Positions 28,201-40,489 of a stretch of DNA of 64,000 bases are shown here, one piece after another; positions within the stretch are counted from its first letter, which is position 1, and every line of letters starts with the position of its first letter. The notes under the pieces are model-generated. The model was not told the DNA's origin. It made no database searches and saw only the letters and a program-made list of their open reading frames with translations. Source of the stretch: Macrostomum lignano (lineage: Eukaryota); NCBI GenBank assembly GCA_002269645.1, contig NIVC01001037.1, positions 62,001 to 126,000 on the forward strand, given 5' to 3'. The position numbers were made by a program, and so were the translations under genes.

Positions 28201-30138
28201 GGTATTGGCTTGGTCCTGACACTAGTATTGGCTTGGTCCTGACACTTGAATTGGCTTGGTCCTGACACTGGTATTAGCCTGGTCCTGATACTTGAATTGG
28301 CTTGGTCCTGACACTGGTATTGGCTTGGTCCTGACACTGGTATTGGCTTGGTCCTGACACTGGTATTGGCTTGGTCCTGACACTAGTATTGGCTTGGTCC
28401 TGACACTTGAATTGGCTTGGTCCTGACACTGGTATTAGCCTGGTCCTGATACTTGAATTGGCTTGGTCCTGACACTGGTATTGGCTTGGTCCTGACACTG
28501 GTATTGGCTTGGTCCTGACACTGGTATTGGCTTGGTCCTGACACTTGAATTGGCTTGGTCCTGACACTGGTATTGGCTTGGTCCTGACACTGGTATTGGC
28601 TTGGTCCTGACACTAGTATTGGCTTGGTCCTGACACTAGTATTGGCTTGGTCCTAACACTGGTATTGGCTTGGTCCTGAGGTTCACACCTGAGCGACTAA
28701 GCTGATTCCGGCCATCCAGTCCAGCAGTTAAACTTGTTAAGTTTGAGATCAGAAAAATGATGAGGGAGAGAGGCTGGGGAGACTGGCCGCCCCGCAGTTG
28801 CACAGGCGGCAGCTCAGGCCTGTGACAGACGGCCAGTGGGGTCTGCCAATTAAAAAAACCAAAAAATTTTTATTGATGAATTGTTGTCTCCAGTGCTCAT
28901 CAGTTAATTATTATTCAGCAATTTATTTTGTTGAAAATGTTGACCAAGCAGCCGTGTGTGTGCGGCAGGGAGCAGCCACGCTCGAGGTGGTCAGGGCTCA
29001 GCTTTTATCCCAGACTGGGTTGGGAGCAAAGATGAGAGATGGGCCTGCTGCTAGCGCCTGACCGGGTGAAGTGGGATCGGAGTCAGGGTGCTGTGTCAGT
29101 GGGAGTCAGTGCTGTGTCTGTGGGAGTCAGTGCTGTGTCAGTGGGAGTCAGTGCTGTGTCTGTGGGAGTCAGTGCTGTGTCAGTGGGAGTCAGGGTGCTG
29201 TGTCTGTGGGAGTCAGGGTGCTGTGTCAGTGGGAGTCAGGGTGCTGTGTCAGTGGGAGTCAGGGTGCTGTGTCAGTGGGAGTCAGGGTGCTGTGTCAGTG
29301 GGAGTCAGGGTGCTGTGTCAGTGGGAGTCAGGGTGCTGTGTCAGTGGGAGTCAGTGCTGTGTCAGTGGGAGTCAGGGTGCTGTGTCAGTGGGAGTCAGTG
29401 CTGTGTCAGTGGGAGTCAGTGCTGTGTCTGTGGGAGTCAGTGCTGTGTCAGTGGGAGTCAGGGTGCTGTGTCAGTGGGAGTCAGGGTGCTGTGTCAGTGG
29501 GGGTCAGTGCTGTGTCAGAGATGTGCTAGGTTTAGCAGGAGTTATGAGGTTGTGTCAGTTTGAGCAATATTTCCTTGTCAGTGGATGTCAGAGAAGCCCC
29601 TAGCTGCAATCGTGAGTTTCAAATCCGCTGCCGCAGGTGACCATGAAGCGGGCCGAAGACGCCTTCAGAGCCATCCAGGAGCCGAACCCGTGCATTGACG
29701 GCCGCAAAGCCAACGTGAACCTGGCGGTGATCGGCGCCAAACCCAGGAGCATCCCTAACGGTGAGCGGCTGCGTGATTGGGGATCCGCGATGCTCTGCTG
29801 GCAGCGTCTTCGCCTGGCACCTCCTCTCTCTCTGTGCCTCTCTGCCTCTCTGCCTCTCTGCCTCTCTGCCTCTCTGCCTCTCTGCCTCTGCCTCTCTGCC
29901 TCTCTGCCTCTGCCTCTCTGCCTCTGCCTCTCTGCCTCTGCCTCTCTGCCTCTGCCTCTCTGCCTCTGCCTCTCTGCCTCTCACCCTCTCCCTCTCTACC
30001 TCTCTGCCTCTCACCCTCTCTCTCACTCTCTCCCTCTCTCCCTCCCTCCCTCTCTACCTCTCACCCTCTCCCTCTATCCCTCTCTGCCTCTCACCCTCTC
30101 CCTCTCTCCCACTCTCCCTGTCTCCCTCTCCCCCTCTC

Positions 30139-30185
<47 letters not shown>

Positions 30186-33100
30186 TTCTGCCTCTCTGTC
30201 TCTCACCCTCTCCCTCTCTCCCTCTCTCCCTCTCTTCCTCTCTCCCTCTCCTTATCTACCTCTCTTCCTTCTCTCTCTGTTTCTCTTTCTCTCGCCTCTC
30301 TCTCTCTACTCTTTTCCTCTTCCTTTTCCTCGCACCATCTCCCTCTCCTCCTCCCTCTCTTCTTCTCTTTTTAACCTCACCTCGATCTCTTATCTCAGTT
30401 CGTCTCTTTTGGGTAACGCATTAAGAAGCGCCTTGTCTCCATTCTGATTTCAATCGATCCTCATTTTCCCAGATTCTGGGGATCAGCATTTTAAAAAAGC
30501 AGAGCTACCTCAGCTGCCCCAGCTGCCGTTTCTTGCTGCTTTTGTTGTCCTGCCGTGCTCTGAGCATTTCCGCTCTGCCGGGGGTTGGGGGTTCTCAAAA
30601 CTTCCTCAAGCTAGTCTTATCCCTAACCCTAAGGCAGCCTAATAAGCTGCCCCAGTCCAGACAGCCTGAAGACTTCGGTCGGTTTGCGCGTGGACAAAGG
30701 ATATATTTTTTACAAGGGGAAGCGAGCAAGGAAGAGGGGGAGAGACGAGAAAGAAGATCTTTAGAAGTTTCATGTCGGCACTCAGCAAGCCATGCTGCTT
30801 GAGCTGTCCGGGTTTTGAGCAGCCTTTGAGATATTGGCGTCATTTTTATATGCAGTACCTGCACACATGGACTTGACTGGGTAGCCTTTGTTGGCTGCAT
30901 CTCCGGGGAGCGGACACCTCCGCCTGCGCGAGGCTTGTCAACGGGAAACCCCTTCTTGGCGTCCGGTTCTGGTGCGGAGCCCGCGAGCGGTGATTTTTTT
31001 AGGCACGCGGATGCCAGCCCTGCCTTGCAGGCTCCGCGCCTCGCGAAATGTTGATTCTTATTCACAGAAAATACCCGCAACTGTGGATGCCCTTTAACAG
31101 AGCGTGGTTATCTAAGCAGTATAATATTAAACACTTTTACCCTCTCCGATCTTCTCTTACCCTCTATGATCCTGTCTTACCCTCTATGATCCTGTCTTAC
31201 CCTCTATGATCCTGTCTTACCCTCTATGATCCTGTCTTACCCTCTATGATCCTGTCTTACCCTCTATGATCCTGTCTTACCCTCTATGATCCTGTCTTAC
31301 CCTCTATGATCCTGTCTTACCCTCTATGATCCTGTCTTACCCTCTATGATCCTGTCTTACCCTCTATGATCCTGTCTTACTCTCTATAATCCTCTCTCAC
31401 CCTCTTTGATCCTCTCTTGCCCTCTATGATCCTCTCTTACCCTCTATGATCCTCTCTTATCATCAATAATCCTCTCTTATCATCAATAATCCTCTCTTAC
31501 CCTCTATGATCCTCACATCCTCTCTGATCCTCTCATCCTCTATTATCCTCTCTTACCCTCTATGATCCTCTCTTACCCTCTCTGATCCTCTCTTACCCTC
31601 TCTAATCCTTTTCTGCCCTCCCTGATCCTCTCTTACCCTCTCTAATCCTCTCCTACCCTCTCTGATCCTCTCTTATCCTCTCTGATCCTCTCCTACCCTC
31701 TATGATCCTCTCTTACCCTCCCTGATCCTCTCCTACCCTCACTGATTCTCTCCTACCTTCTCTGATCCTCTCTTACCCTCTATGATCCTCTCTTACCCTC
31801 CCTGATCCTCTCCTACCCTCTCAAATTCTCTCTTACTCTCCTTAATTCTATCCTATCCTCTCTAATATTATCCTGCCTCTCTGATCCTCTCCTACCCTCT
31901 CTGATCCCCTCCTACCTTCTCTGATCCTGTCCATGCCACTGTGGATACTGTTAAAGTCTGTCCTAATCACAAACATATTTCCATCTCCCCTTTCATTTTT
32001 CCTGTTGAGCAATGAATTTGAAATTTCCCTACTGCAGCAACGAATCCCCACTAGAAATCACTATCGCTGGTTTTCTGCCCTTGAGTTCAAAATTTTAAGA
32101 CGAAGGTCCGTTGATTAAATTTTAGCCTTTAGCAGAGGCTTTTCGAATGACTTTGAGCCTTGTCGGCTGTGGAGGCAGCTGGAGAGGAGAGATCAGAGAG
32201 AGATGATGGAGCTGGGGAGCTGCTGTGGAGGGGATCAGAGAGCAACAAGTTTCACCAGGGGATGCCCGCAAAGACAGACGGCCTTCACTGACTTGTGCGG
32301 CCTCTAATCCGAGCTCTAGAGACAAGGTGGGCCCAGCCTCCGCCCCGGCTTCGCTAATCCCCATCTAGCTCGTGCTGCATCCCACTGCCCGTGTCTCTCC
32401 TCACTCATGAACTCACTCAAGAACTCACTCATGAACTCACACATGAACTCACTCACTCATGAACTCACACATGAACTCACTCAAGAACTCACTCATGAAC
32501 TCACACATGAACTCACTCACTCATGAACTCACTCACTCATGAACTCACTCACTCATGAACTCACTCACTCATGAACTCACTCACTCATGAACTCACTCAA
32601 GAACTCACTCATGAACTCACACATGAACTCACTCAAGAACTCACTCTTGAACTCACACATGAACTCACACATGAACTCACTCATGAACTCACTCATGAAC
32701 TCACTCACTCTTGAACTCACACATGAACTCACACATGAACTCATGAACTCACTCATGAACTCATGAACTCACTCATGAACTCACTCACTCTTGAACTCAC
32801 ACATGAACTCACACATGAACTCACACATGAACTCACTCAAGAACTCACTCAAGAACTCACTCATGAACTCCTGAACTCACTCATGAACTCATGAACTCAC
32901 TCACTCTTGAACTCACACATGAACTCACACATGAACTCACACATGAACTCACTCAAGAACTCACTCAAGAACTCACTCATGAACTCATGAACTCACTCAT
33001 GAACTCATGAACTCACTCATGAACTCATGAACTCACTCATGAACTCACACATGAACTCACACATGAACTCACTCATGAACTCACACATGAACTCACTCAT

Positions 33101-36100
33101 GAACTCACACATGAACTCACTCACTCATGAACTCACTCATGAATTCACTCATGATCTCACTCACGGACTCACTCATGACTCACTTATGAAATTACTCATT
33201 ATCTCACTCATGAACTCACTCATGAAATCACTCATAAAATCACTCTTAAACTTTCTTGTTAACTCACTAACACTCTCTGAGTCTACATAAAACGTATTCA
33301 GAGAAGATCCAAACCAACGAACTCTAATAATAGAAAGCCAGCTAAAAGCAGGTGAACCAAATGCGGTGCAATTTCATCATAGAATAAAAATCTGAAACTT
33401 CAAGCACTGCAACACGCCGCACCATTCAGAGCAGAGCTGCTCAAATGAACCCGCCATAGATAGTGTGGGAAAGACACAGGCTCGAGGCACAAGATAAGAT
33501 GAGCAATCTTTAGCCATAAAGCTCGAGAGTGAGGAGGCGGCCTTACATCTTGTCTAAGCCGGCAACTGTTCTCTTCTTCATCATTCTGAGCACTCTCTTT
33601 GCCTCTCTGTCTGTTGAGCCTTGTTGTTTTGCGAGTATTCAGGGGGAAGCTGCTGTCTACAGTTCGAGAGCTGCTCCGACAGAAGCAGACAGTCTCATTG
33701 TCCTCCCTGCCAACAGCGAAATGGCGCTGCAGGGTAGCGCTGTGCCCGGCCGGGCAGATCGGTCCGTGAGTCATGGAGTCTCAGTGGGTCTCTATTAAAA
33801 TTATCTGCCCTGTAGCAATCTACCTATCTGTCCTAATGCTCTCAAAGTGCAATTTAACCACGTGTTTTATTGGGCGGGGGTTGTTGAGGTGGTTTTACAG
33901 CCTGCTTTTGTATCAATAGTTGAGCAGTTCGAAATGCAAAATCTCTGCTTGGTTGGGGTGGGTTTTAGTTGTAGAATTTGTAGCAGATGAAGAGTTTAAA
34001 AATACTGCTTGTCCTTCTAGTGAGCCTGAAGCATATTTGGACAGGGTTTTTTACCTGTTGGAGTGGGTTTTTTACCTGTTGGAGTGGGTTTTTACCTGTT
34101 GGAGTGGGTTTTTTACCTGTTGGAGTGGGTTTTTACCTGTTGGACTGGGTTTTTATCTGTTGGAGTGGGTTTTTTACCTGTTGGAGTGGGTTTTTACCTG
34201 TTGGATAGGGTTTTTTACCTGTTGGAGTGGGTTTTTAACTGTTGGACTGCGTTTTTACCTGTTGGACTGCGTTTTTACCTGTTGGACTGGGTTTTTTACC
34301 TGATGGAGTGGGTTTTTACCTGTTGGAGTGGGTTTTTACCTGTTGGAGTGGGTTTTTTACCTGTTGGAGTGGGTTTTAACTGTTGGACTGCGTTTTTACC
34401 TGTTGGAGTGGGTTTTTTACCTGTTGGAATGGGTTTGTACCTGTTGGATAGGGTTTTTACCTGTTGGAGTGGGTTTTTAACCTGTTGGAGGGGTTTTTAC
34501 CTGTTGGAATGGGTTTGTACCTGTTGGATAGGGTTTTTTAACTGTTGGACTGGGTTTTTACCTGTTGGAGTGGGTTTTTACCTGTTGGACTGGGTTTTTA
34601 CCTGTTGGAGTGGGTTTTTACCTGTTGGACTGGGTTTTTACCTGTTGGAGTGGGTTTTTACCTGTTGGACTGGGTTTTTACCTGTTGGAGTGGGTTTTTA
34701 ACTGTTAGACTGGGTTTTTACCTGTTAGAGTGGGTTTTTACCTGTTGGAGTGGGTTTTTACCTGTTGGATAGGGTTTTTACCTGTTGGATAGGGTTTTTT
34801 ACCTGTTGGACTGGGTTTTTACCTGTTGGACTGGGTTTTTACCTGTTGGAGGGGTTTTTACCTGTTGGAGTGGGTTTTTACCTTTTAGACTGGGTTTTTA
34901 CCTGTTGGACAGGGTTTTAACTGTTACACAGAGTTTTACCTGTTGGACAGGGTTTTAACTGTTACACAGAGTTTTACCTGTTAGACAGGGTTGCAACACG
35001 TTGAATTAGAACAAGGTTGTAGTGCTTCATTAACAAGAAACGCACGTTAATTACGAATTTAACAATATAATTGCATCCTTGAACTGCTTCGCCTGTCAAT
35101 TCCAGCGCACCTACAGGCCCTGGCACTGGCGAGGATGCAGCAGAGCGTGCCGAATCCTGCGGGGTAAGTGAGGGGCCGCTACGCTGGGTGCAGATTCCAG
35201 CAGTCCCAGCTGTACTGATCTCTGTGCTTGAGACCAACTCTACAAGTGTACTCACCACATCAGGACTAATCCTCCTCTGACCTGATCCTCCGTCACTTCG
35301 AACTAATTTTATACCTTCCCTGACCCTCTCCTACCCTCCCTGACCCTCTCCTACCCGCCCTGACCCTCTCCTACCCTCCCTGACCCTCTCCTACCCTCCC
35401 TGACCCTTTCCTACCCTCCCTAACCCTCTCCTACCCTCCCTAACCCTCTCCTACCCTCCCTGACCCTCTCCTACCTTGACCCTCTCCTACCTTGAACCTC
35501 TCCTACCCTCCCTGACCCTCTCCTACCCTCCCTGACCCTCTCCTACCCGCCCTGACCCTCTCCTACCCGCCCTGACCCTCTCCTACCCTCCCTGACCCTC
35601 TCCTACCCGCCCTGACCCTGACCCTCTCCTACCCGCCCTGACCCTCTCCTACCTTGACCCTCTCCTACCTTGACCCTCTCCTACCCTCCATGACCCTCTC
35701 CTACCCTCCCTGACCCTCTCCTACCCGCCCTGACCCTCTCCTACCTTGAACCTCTCCTACCATGACCCTCTCCTACCCTCCCTGACCCTCTCCTACCCTC
35801 CCTGACCCTCTCCTTACCCTCCTTAACCCTCTCTCACCCTCCCTGACCCTTTCCTACTCTCCCTGACCCTCTCCTACCCTCCCTGACCCTCTCCTACCTT
35901 GACCCTCTCCTACCTTGACCCTCTCCTACCTTGACCCTCTCCTACCCTCCCTGACCCTCTCCTACCCTCCCTGACCCTCTCCTACCCTCCCTGACCCTCT
36001 CCTACCCTCCCTAACCCTCTCCTACCCTCCCTAACCCTCTCCTACCCTCCCTGACCCTCTCCTACCCTCCCTGACCCTCTCCTACCTTGACCCTCTCCTA

Positions 36101-39100
36101 CCTTGAACCTCTCCTACCCTCCCTGACCCTCTCCTGCCCTCCCTGACCCTCTCCTACCGTCCCTAACCCTCTCCTACCCTCCCTGACCCTCTATTACCCT
36201 CCCTGAGCCTCTATTACCCTCCCTGAGCCTCTATTACCCTCCCTGAGCCTCTATTACCCTCCCTGACCCTCGATCATACCCTCCCTGACCTTCGATCATA
36301 CCCTCCCTGACCTTCGATCATACCCTCCCTGACCCTCGATCATACCCTCCCTGACCCTCTATTACCCTCCCTGAGCCTCTTTTACCCTCCCTGAGCCTCT
36401 ATTACCCTCCCTGAGCCTCTATTACCCTCCCGGACCCTCTATTACCCTCCCTGAGCCTCTATTACCCTCCCTGAGCCTCTATTACCCTCCCTGAGCCTCT
36501 ATTACCCTCCCTGACCCTCGATCATACCCTCCCTGACCCTCGATCATACCCTCCCTGACCCTCTCCTACCCTCCCTGACCCCATCCTACCCTCCCTGACC
36601 CTCTCCTACCCTCCCTGACCCTCTCCTTCCCTTTCTGATCTTCTCCTACCCCTCTGATCCTCCCCTACCCTCCCTGATTTACTCTACCTTCTTTCTACGC
36701 CAGCAACTTGTTATGTTTACAAAATGACAAATAATTATTCAATCACAGTCGAAGCCGATAGCAGATAATTGCTGGCCAATGCCACCAATACCATCACAAG
36801 CTGTAAGCTCGTTAAAAAAGCATTGAAGTGCGTGCAGTGCGTTCGTAGCTGATGAAATTTGTCAGCCCACTTTTTATACATCGAAACGTGAAAGGACAAT
36901 TAATTAAATTCCACTCTTTTGCGCTTGCAGTTTAGTCCTGTTTGAAGTACAGAGTGTCGCCTAATTCTCAAGCGTTATCATTTTTACTATATAAATTCAC
37001 TCCTTGTCGGTGCCGGGTTGCACTTAGCATGGCAGTTTAACATGGGGTCACAGGGTGAATGACGGATATTGGTGGCAGCCTGTATTTTATTTCCGAGTCT
37101 AATTGGAGATCTGCAATTAATGTAGAGAGATGGAGCTAAAGATGGAGGGGAGACTGAGGAAGAGGAGGAAGACAAGGAGAAGATTAAGATAGGGAGAGAG
37201 GGGAGAGTTTAGAGAGAGAGAGGAGAGAAGGGAAAGATGGTAGAGAGGGGGGAGAGTGTAGAGAGACTGAGAGGGGTAGAGAGGGAGAGAGAGAGGGGAT
37301 GAGAGGCGGAGAGAGGCTAGAGAGGGAGAGAGAGGGGAAGAGAGGGGGAGAGAGGGTAGAGAGGGGGAGAGAGGGGAAGAGAGCGGGAGAGAGGGTAGAG
37401 AGGGGGAGAGAGGGGAAGAGAGGGGGAGAGAGGGTAGAGAGGGGGAGAGAGGGGAAGAGAGCGGGAGAGAGGGTAGAGAGGGGGAGAGAGGGTAGAGCGG
37501 GGGAGAGAGGGTAGAGCGGGGGAGAGAGGGTAGAGCGGGGGAGAGAAGGGTAGAGCGGGGGAGAGAAGGGTAGAGAGGGGAGAGAGGGTAAAGAGGGGCG
37601 AGAGGGTAGAGAGGGGCGAGAGGGTAGAGAGGGGGAGAGAGGGTAGAGCGGGGGAGAGAAGGGTAGAGAGGGGGAGAGAGGGTAGAGAGGGGGCGAGAGG
37701 GTAGAGAGGGGCGAGAGGGTAGAGAGGGGGAGAGAGGGTAGAGCGGGGGAGAGAGGGTAGAGCGGGGGAGAGAAGGGTAGAGAGGGAGAGAGAGGGTAGA
37801 GAGGTGGCGAGAGGGAATGAGTATGGGGCAGATTAAGGAAACATGAATCAAGGAAGGGTGGTTCGAGTCAGCGGCGGGCCCCTTTTTCTGTGTGATTCTG
37901 TTTTGCTGTTGCTGTTCACACCATAACAGAGGCAGGAAGCTCTCATTTTGTGAACCCGAGGGACCCGGACTCCAGTGCGAACTTCCTCAGCATTTTGTGC
38001 CGTGCGGGTTTCCTGTCATTACATGTACTTTTCCAACTGTTACTGTGTCCCAAACCATCGCTTCAATAGTAATTATAAGTGTGCGCGTGTTTGTGTTGCC
38101 GTGAAAATATTTTGCTGTAGTCACGTGACTTTCCTTCACTATTGAACCTCAGCGGTGGTCTTGGGTGTAGCGAGACTTGCTCTGAAATTCTGGTCCCGAC
38201 GATGAGAGGAGGGCATCAAGGGTGAGAGAAAAGATGAAGCTGAGATGAGGGACAGAGCCTGAGATGAAGGACAGAAGCTGAGATGAGGGACAGAAGCTGA
38301 GATGAGGGACAGAAGCTGAGATGAGGGACAGAAGCTGAGATAAGGGACAGAAGCCGAGATGGGGGACAGAAGCTGAGATGAAGGACAGAAGCTGAGATGA
38401 GGGACAGAAGCTGAGATGAGGGACAGAAGCTGAGATGAGGGACAGAAGCTGAGATGAGGGACAGAAGCTGAGATGAAGAACAGAAGCTGGGATGAAGGAA
38501 AGAGGCTGAGATGAAGGAAAGAGATGAGATGTCTAAGATGCAACCTAGAGTTCCTGAACTCTTAGACTAGCAAAGTTTTAAGACTGTGGAATCTGCAGCC
38601 GCTTCCCAATGTAGCGGAGATTAAGGATTTGATGGAGATCGAGGGGCAGCTGGCCTGTGCTGAAGAGTTTTTGGTTGAACCGCTTTCTAGACAGACAGAC
38701 AGACAGGCAGACAGGAGGAATGGACCCCGGATCGGGGCTGAAGATCTTGCAGAACTGATGACTCATGTTGGTTCCCCCGCCGAACATGCCACTTCCATAC
38801 CAGGCTGGTCAGTCTTACAGTCATATATTTTACTGCCCCTATTCCGGGAACAAGGTCTGCCTATCATCTAGAAATTGTCTGCTTCTGCGGTTTAACTGCG
38901 GCCTTCTTCAGGTCCCCCCCCGACTGCCCGGGTGGCCCGGCTGCGCCTTTTAACTTCGCGGGATAAATGGAATAAGTTAGCCGAAAGTGCGAATATAAGG
39001 AGCTGCGGCGGGCAACTTCTAATGGATGACGGATGCAATTGCGCGCAGAAGGGATTGGGGAATGATAGGCAGGCTGGCTTGTGGGCGCTGACCTTGCCTG

Positions 39101-39816
39101 CGCTGGCGGGCGATAGCGGTGCAAGAAGGGATAGTAAATAATTAGTAATGACGTCATTGAACTGCTTGCTTATGAGGGCACGGCGCTTTTAGATTGAGAC
39201 ATAATCTAGCAGTTAGACTATGACGTCATCATCTAGCAGTTAGACTGTGCCGTCATAATCCAGTTAAACAATGTCGTCATCATCTAGCAGTTAGACTATG
39301 ACGTCATCATCTAGCATTTTGACGATGATGTAATTTACCTTGTTAGATAATGACGTCATCTAGCAGTTGGACGATGACGTCATTTTCCCATCGCTATTTG
39401 ACAATTAAGTTATTTAGTAGTGAGAGAATGACTTCATCTAGATGCAAGACTGTGACGTCATCTGTCATATAAGACTGTGATGTAATCGAACTGGAAGATT
39501 AAGAACTCATCTTACGGCTACATTGCGACGTGCTGTACATTTGATAGAATGGCGTCCAGTGACACATAATTCCTACTTTCAAGTAGTATGGCGAGTTAGC
39601 GAGCGATTCGACCTGATTTCACTCCCTGATTCTTACAGCCTGCAGCAGATGGCCTCAGCCTACGGCTACCAGCAGCAGGCGGTAATGTCGCCGGCCAGCC
39701 TCATGGCTTTGTCGGCGGCGCCACAGCTTGCTGGGGGCGCCGGCAATTCGTCCGCTACCGCCACGGCCAGCTTCCTGGCAGACTACGCCGCCACCGTGGC
39801 AGCCGCTCAGCAGTTT

Positions 39817-39855
<39 letters not shown>

Positions 39856-40368
39856 TTATACTCTGGTCTGTCCGACTCTGCCATGCTGCAGCTCGCTCAG
39901 GTGGGTGACTGGGACAGCGGGCTTGATGCGGTCTGGGGTTCGAGTCACAGAAATCTTTTCAGCTTACCTCTACCTTTTTAGAATCTCACCCATCTCACAG
40001 GTCTTTATAGCATCTATCTCGCTAGAATCCCACGGCTCTCAACGCAATCTCACCCTTTATCTAATTGGAATATCACCATTTATGTTTATGTATGTCTCAC
40101 CCTTACAGGTACAGCATCTCACTAATGTTTCTCACAGATCTCACCCGTCCCCCATCAGGCCTCCTACCTGCCCCAGTACTACGCCGCTGCCTCGATGCAG
40201 AGCGGCGGCGGCACTGGCGGCCTGCAGAGTCTGGCCGGCGGCGGCGCCTCCACGGTCAGCGTGGCCGGTCAGGGCTCAGCTTCCGCTGCGGCTGCGGCGG
40301 CTGCGGCTGCGGCAGCTGCCGTACAAAACGGCTTCCTACTGACCGGAGCCCAGGAGCGGGCGCAGTAG
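25206..40368 (+). CDS. RBM24: RBM24/RBM38/SUP-12 family single-RRM RNA-binding protein (280 aa). Exons 25206-25394, 29637-29760, 35106-35163, 39639-39900, 40159-40368
   Basis: [26 protein letters not shown]|[25 protein letters not shown] is the family RRM. It is followed by an Ala/Gln/Tyr-rich tail ending QERAQ*, similar to the family's DRMQ* terminus. Intron phases 0,1,2,0 all fit only if the 58-nt exon is included. Confidence 0.93.
25425..25880. repeat. 21-bp minisatellite (GAGTGAGATTGTGAGATTTCA), about 21 copies, RBM24 intron 1
   Basis: Starts ~30 nt after the donor at 25395. Confidence 0.95.
27113..28680. repeat. 23-bp minisatellite (CTGACACTGGTATTGGCTTGGTY), about 68 copies, RBM24 intron 1
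   Basis: Tandem array; source of the spurious minus-strand ORFs. Confidence 0.98.
29078..29520. repeat. 20/22-bp minisatellite (GTCAGTGGGAGTCAG(GG)TGCTGT), RBM24 intron 1
   Basis: Tandem array. Confidence 0.95.
29822..30370. repeat. (CTGCCT/CTCTGCCT)n and CT-rich tract, RBM24 intron 2
   Basis: Low-complexity pyrimidine tract. Confidence 0.92.
31135..31930. repeat. 20-bp minisatellite (TGATCCTSTCTTACCCTCTA and variants), RBM24 intron 2
   Basis: Perfect copies at the left, decayed at the right. Confidence 0.95.
32395..33280. repeat. Mosaic ATGAACTCAC(TC/AC) 8/12/16-bp array, RBM24 intron 2
   Basis: Tandem array. Confidence 0.95.
34035..34985. repeat. 20-21-bp minisatellite (TTTTACCTGTTGGAGTGGGT), about 45 copies, RBM24 intron 2
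   Basis: Tandem array. Confidence 0.96.
35310..36680. repeat. 20-bp minisatellite (CCCTCCCTGACCCTCTCCTA and variants), RBM24 intron 3
   Basis: Tandem array. Confidence 0.96.
37140..37815. repeat. Purine-rich (GAGAGGGTAGAGMGGGG) array, RBM24 intron 3
   Basis: AG-rich tandem units. Confidence 0.92.
38220..38540. repeat. 19-bp minisatellite (GCTGAGATGAGGGACAGAA), RBM24 intron 3
   Basis: Tandem array. Confidence 0.95.
39149..39460. promoter_or_regulatory. Cluster of six perfect CRE palindromes (TGACGTCA) in a degenerate ~27-bp repeat, RBM24 intron 3
   Basis: TGACGTCA at 39149, 39221, 39299, 39351, 39375 and 39453; function inferred only. Confidence 0.5.
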
Positions 40369-40489
40369 CCGCTGGGTGCTGCCACGGCCGGCCCAGAAAG
40401 CCTAAAGTTCATTTTGCAGATTGCATAAGGCTGCTGGGGCAGTCTTCATCGGGTTCAGCTGACTTATTAACTAACTCGTGTGTACTTTT

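Noticed and set aside
27039-28613. Long minus-strand ORFs (up to 432 aa, [23 protein letters not shown] repeats)
   Set aside because: Translation of a stop-free 23-bp tandem array inside an RBM24 intron; all three frames are open, which is typical of an artefact
29039-34772. Cys/Trp-rich repeat ORFs ([23 protein letters not shown]) and Leu/Ser-rich ORFs
   Set aside because: All derive from intronic minisatellites or CT tracts
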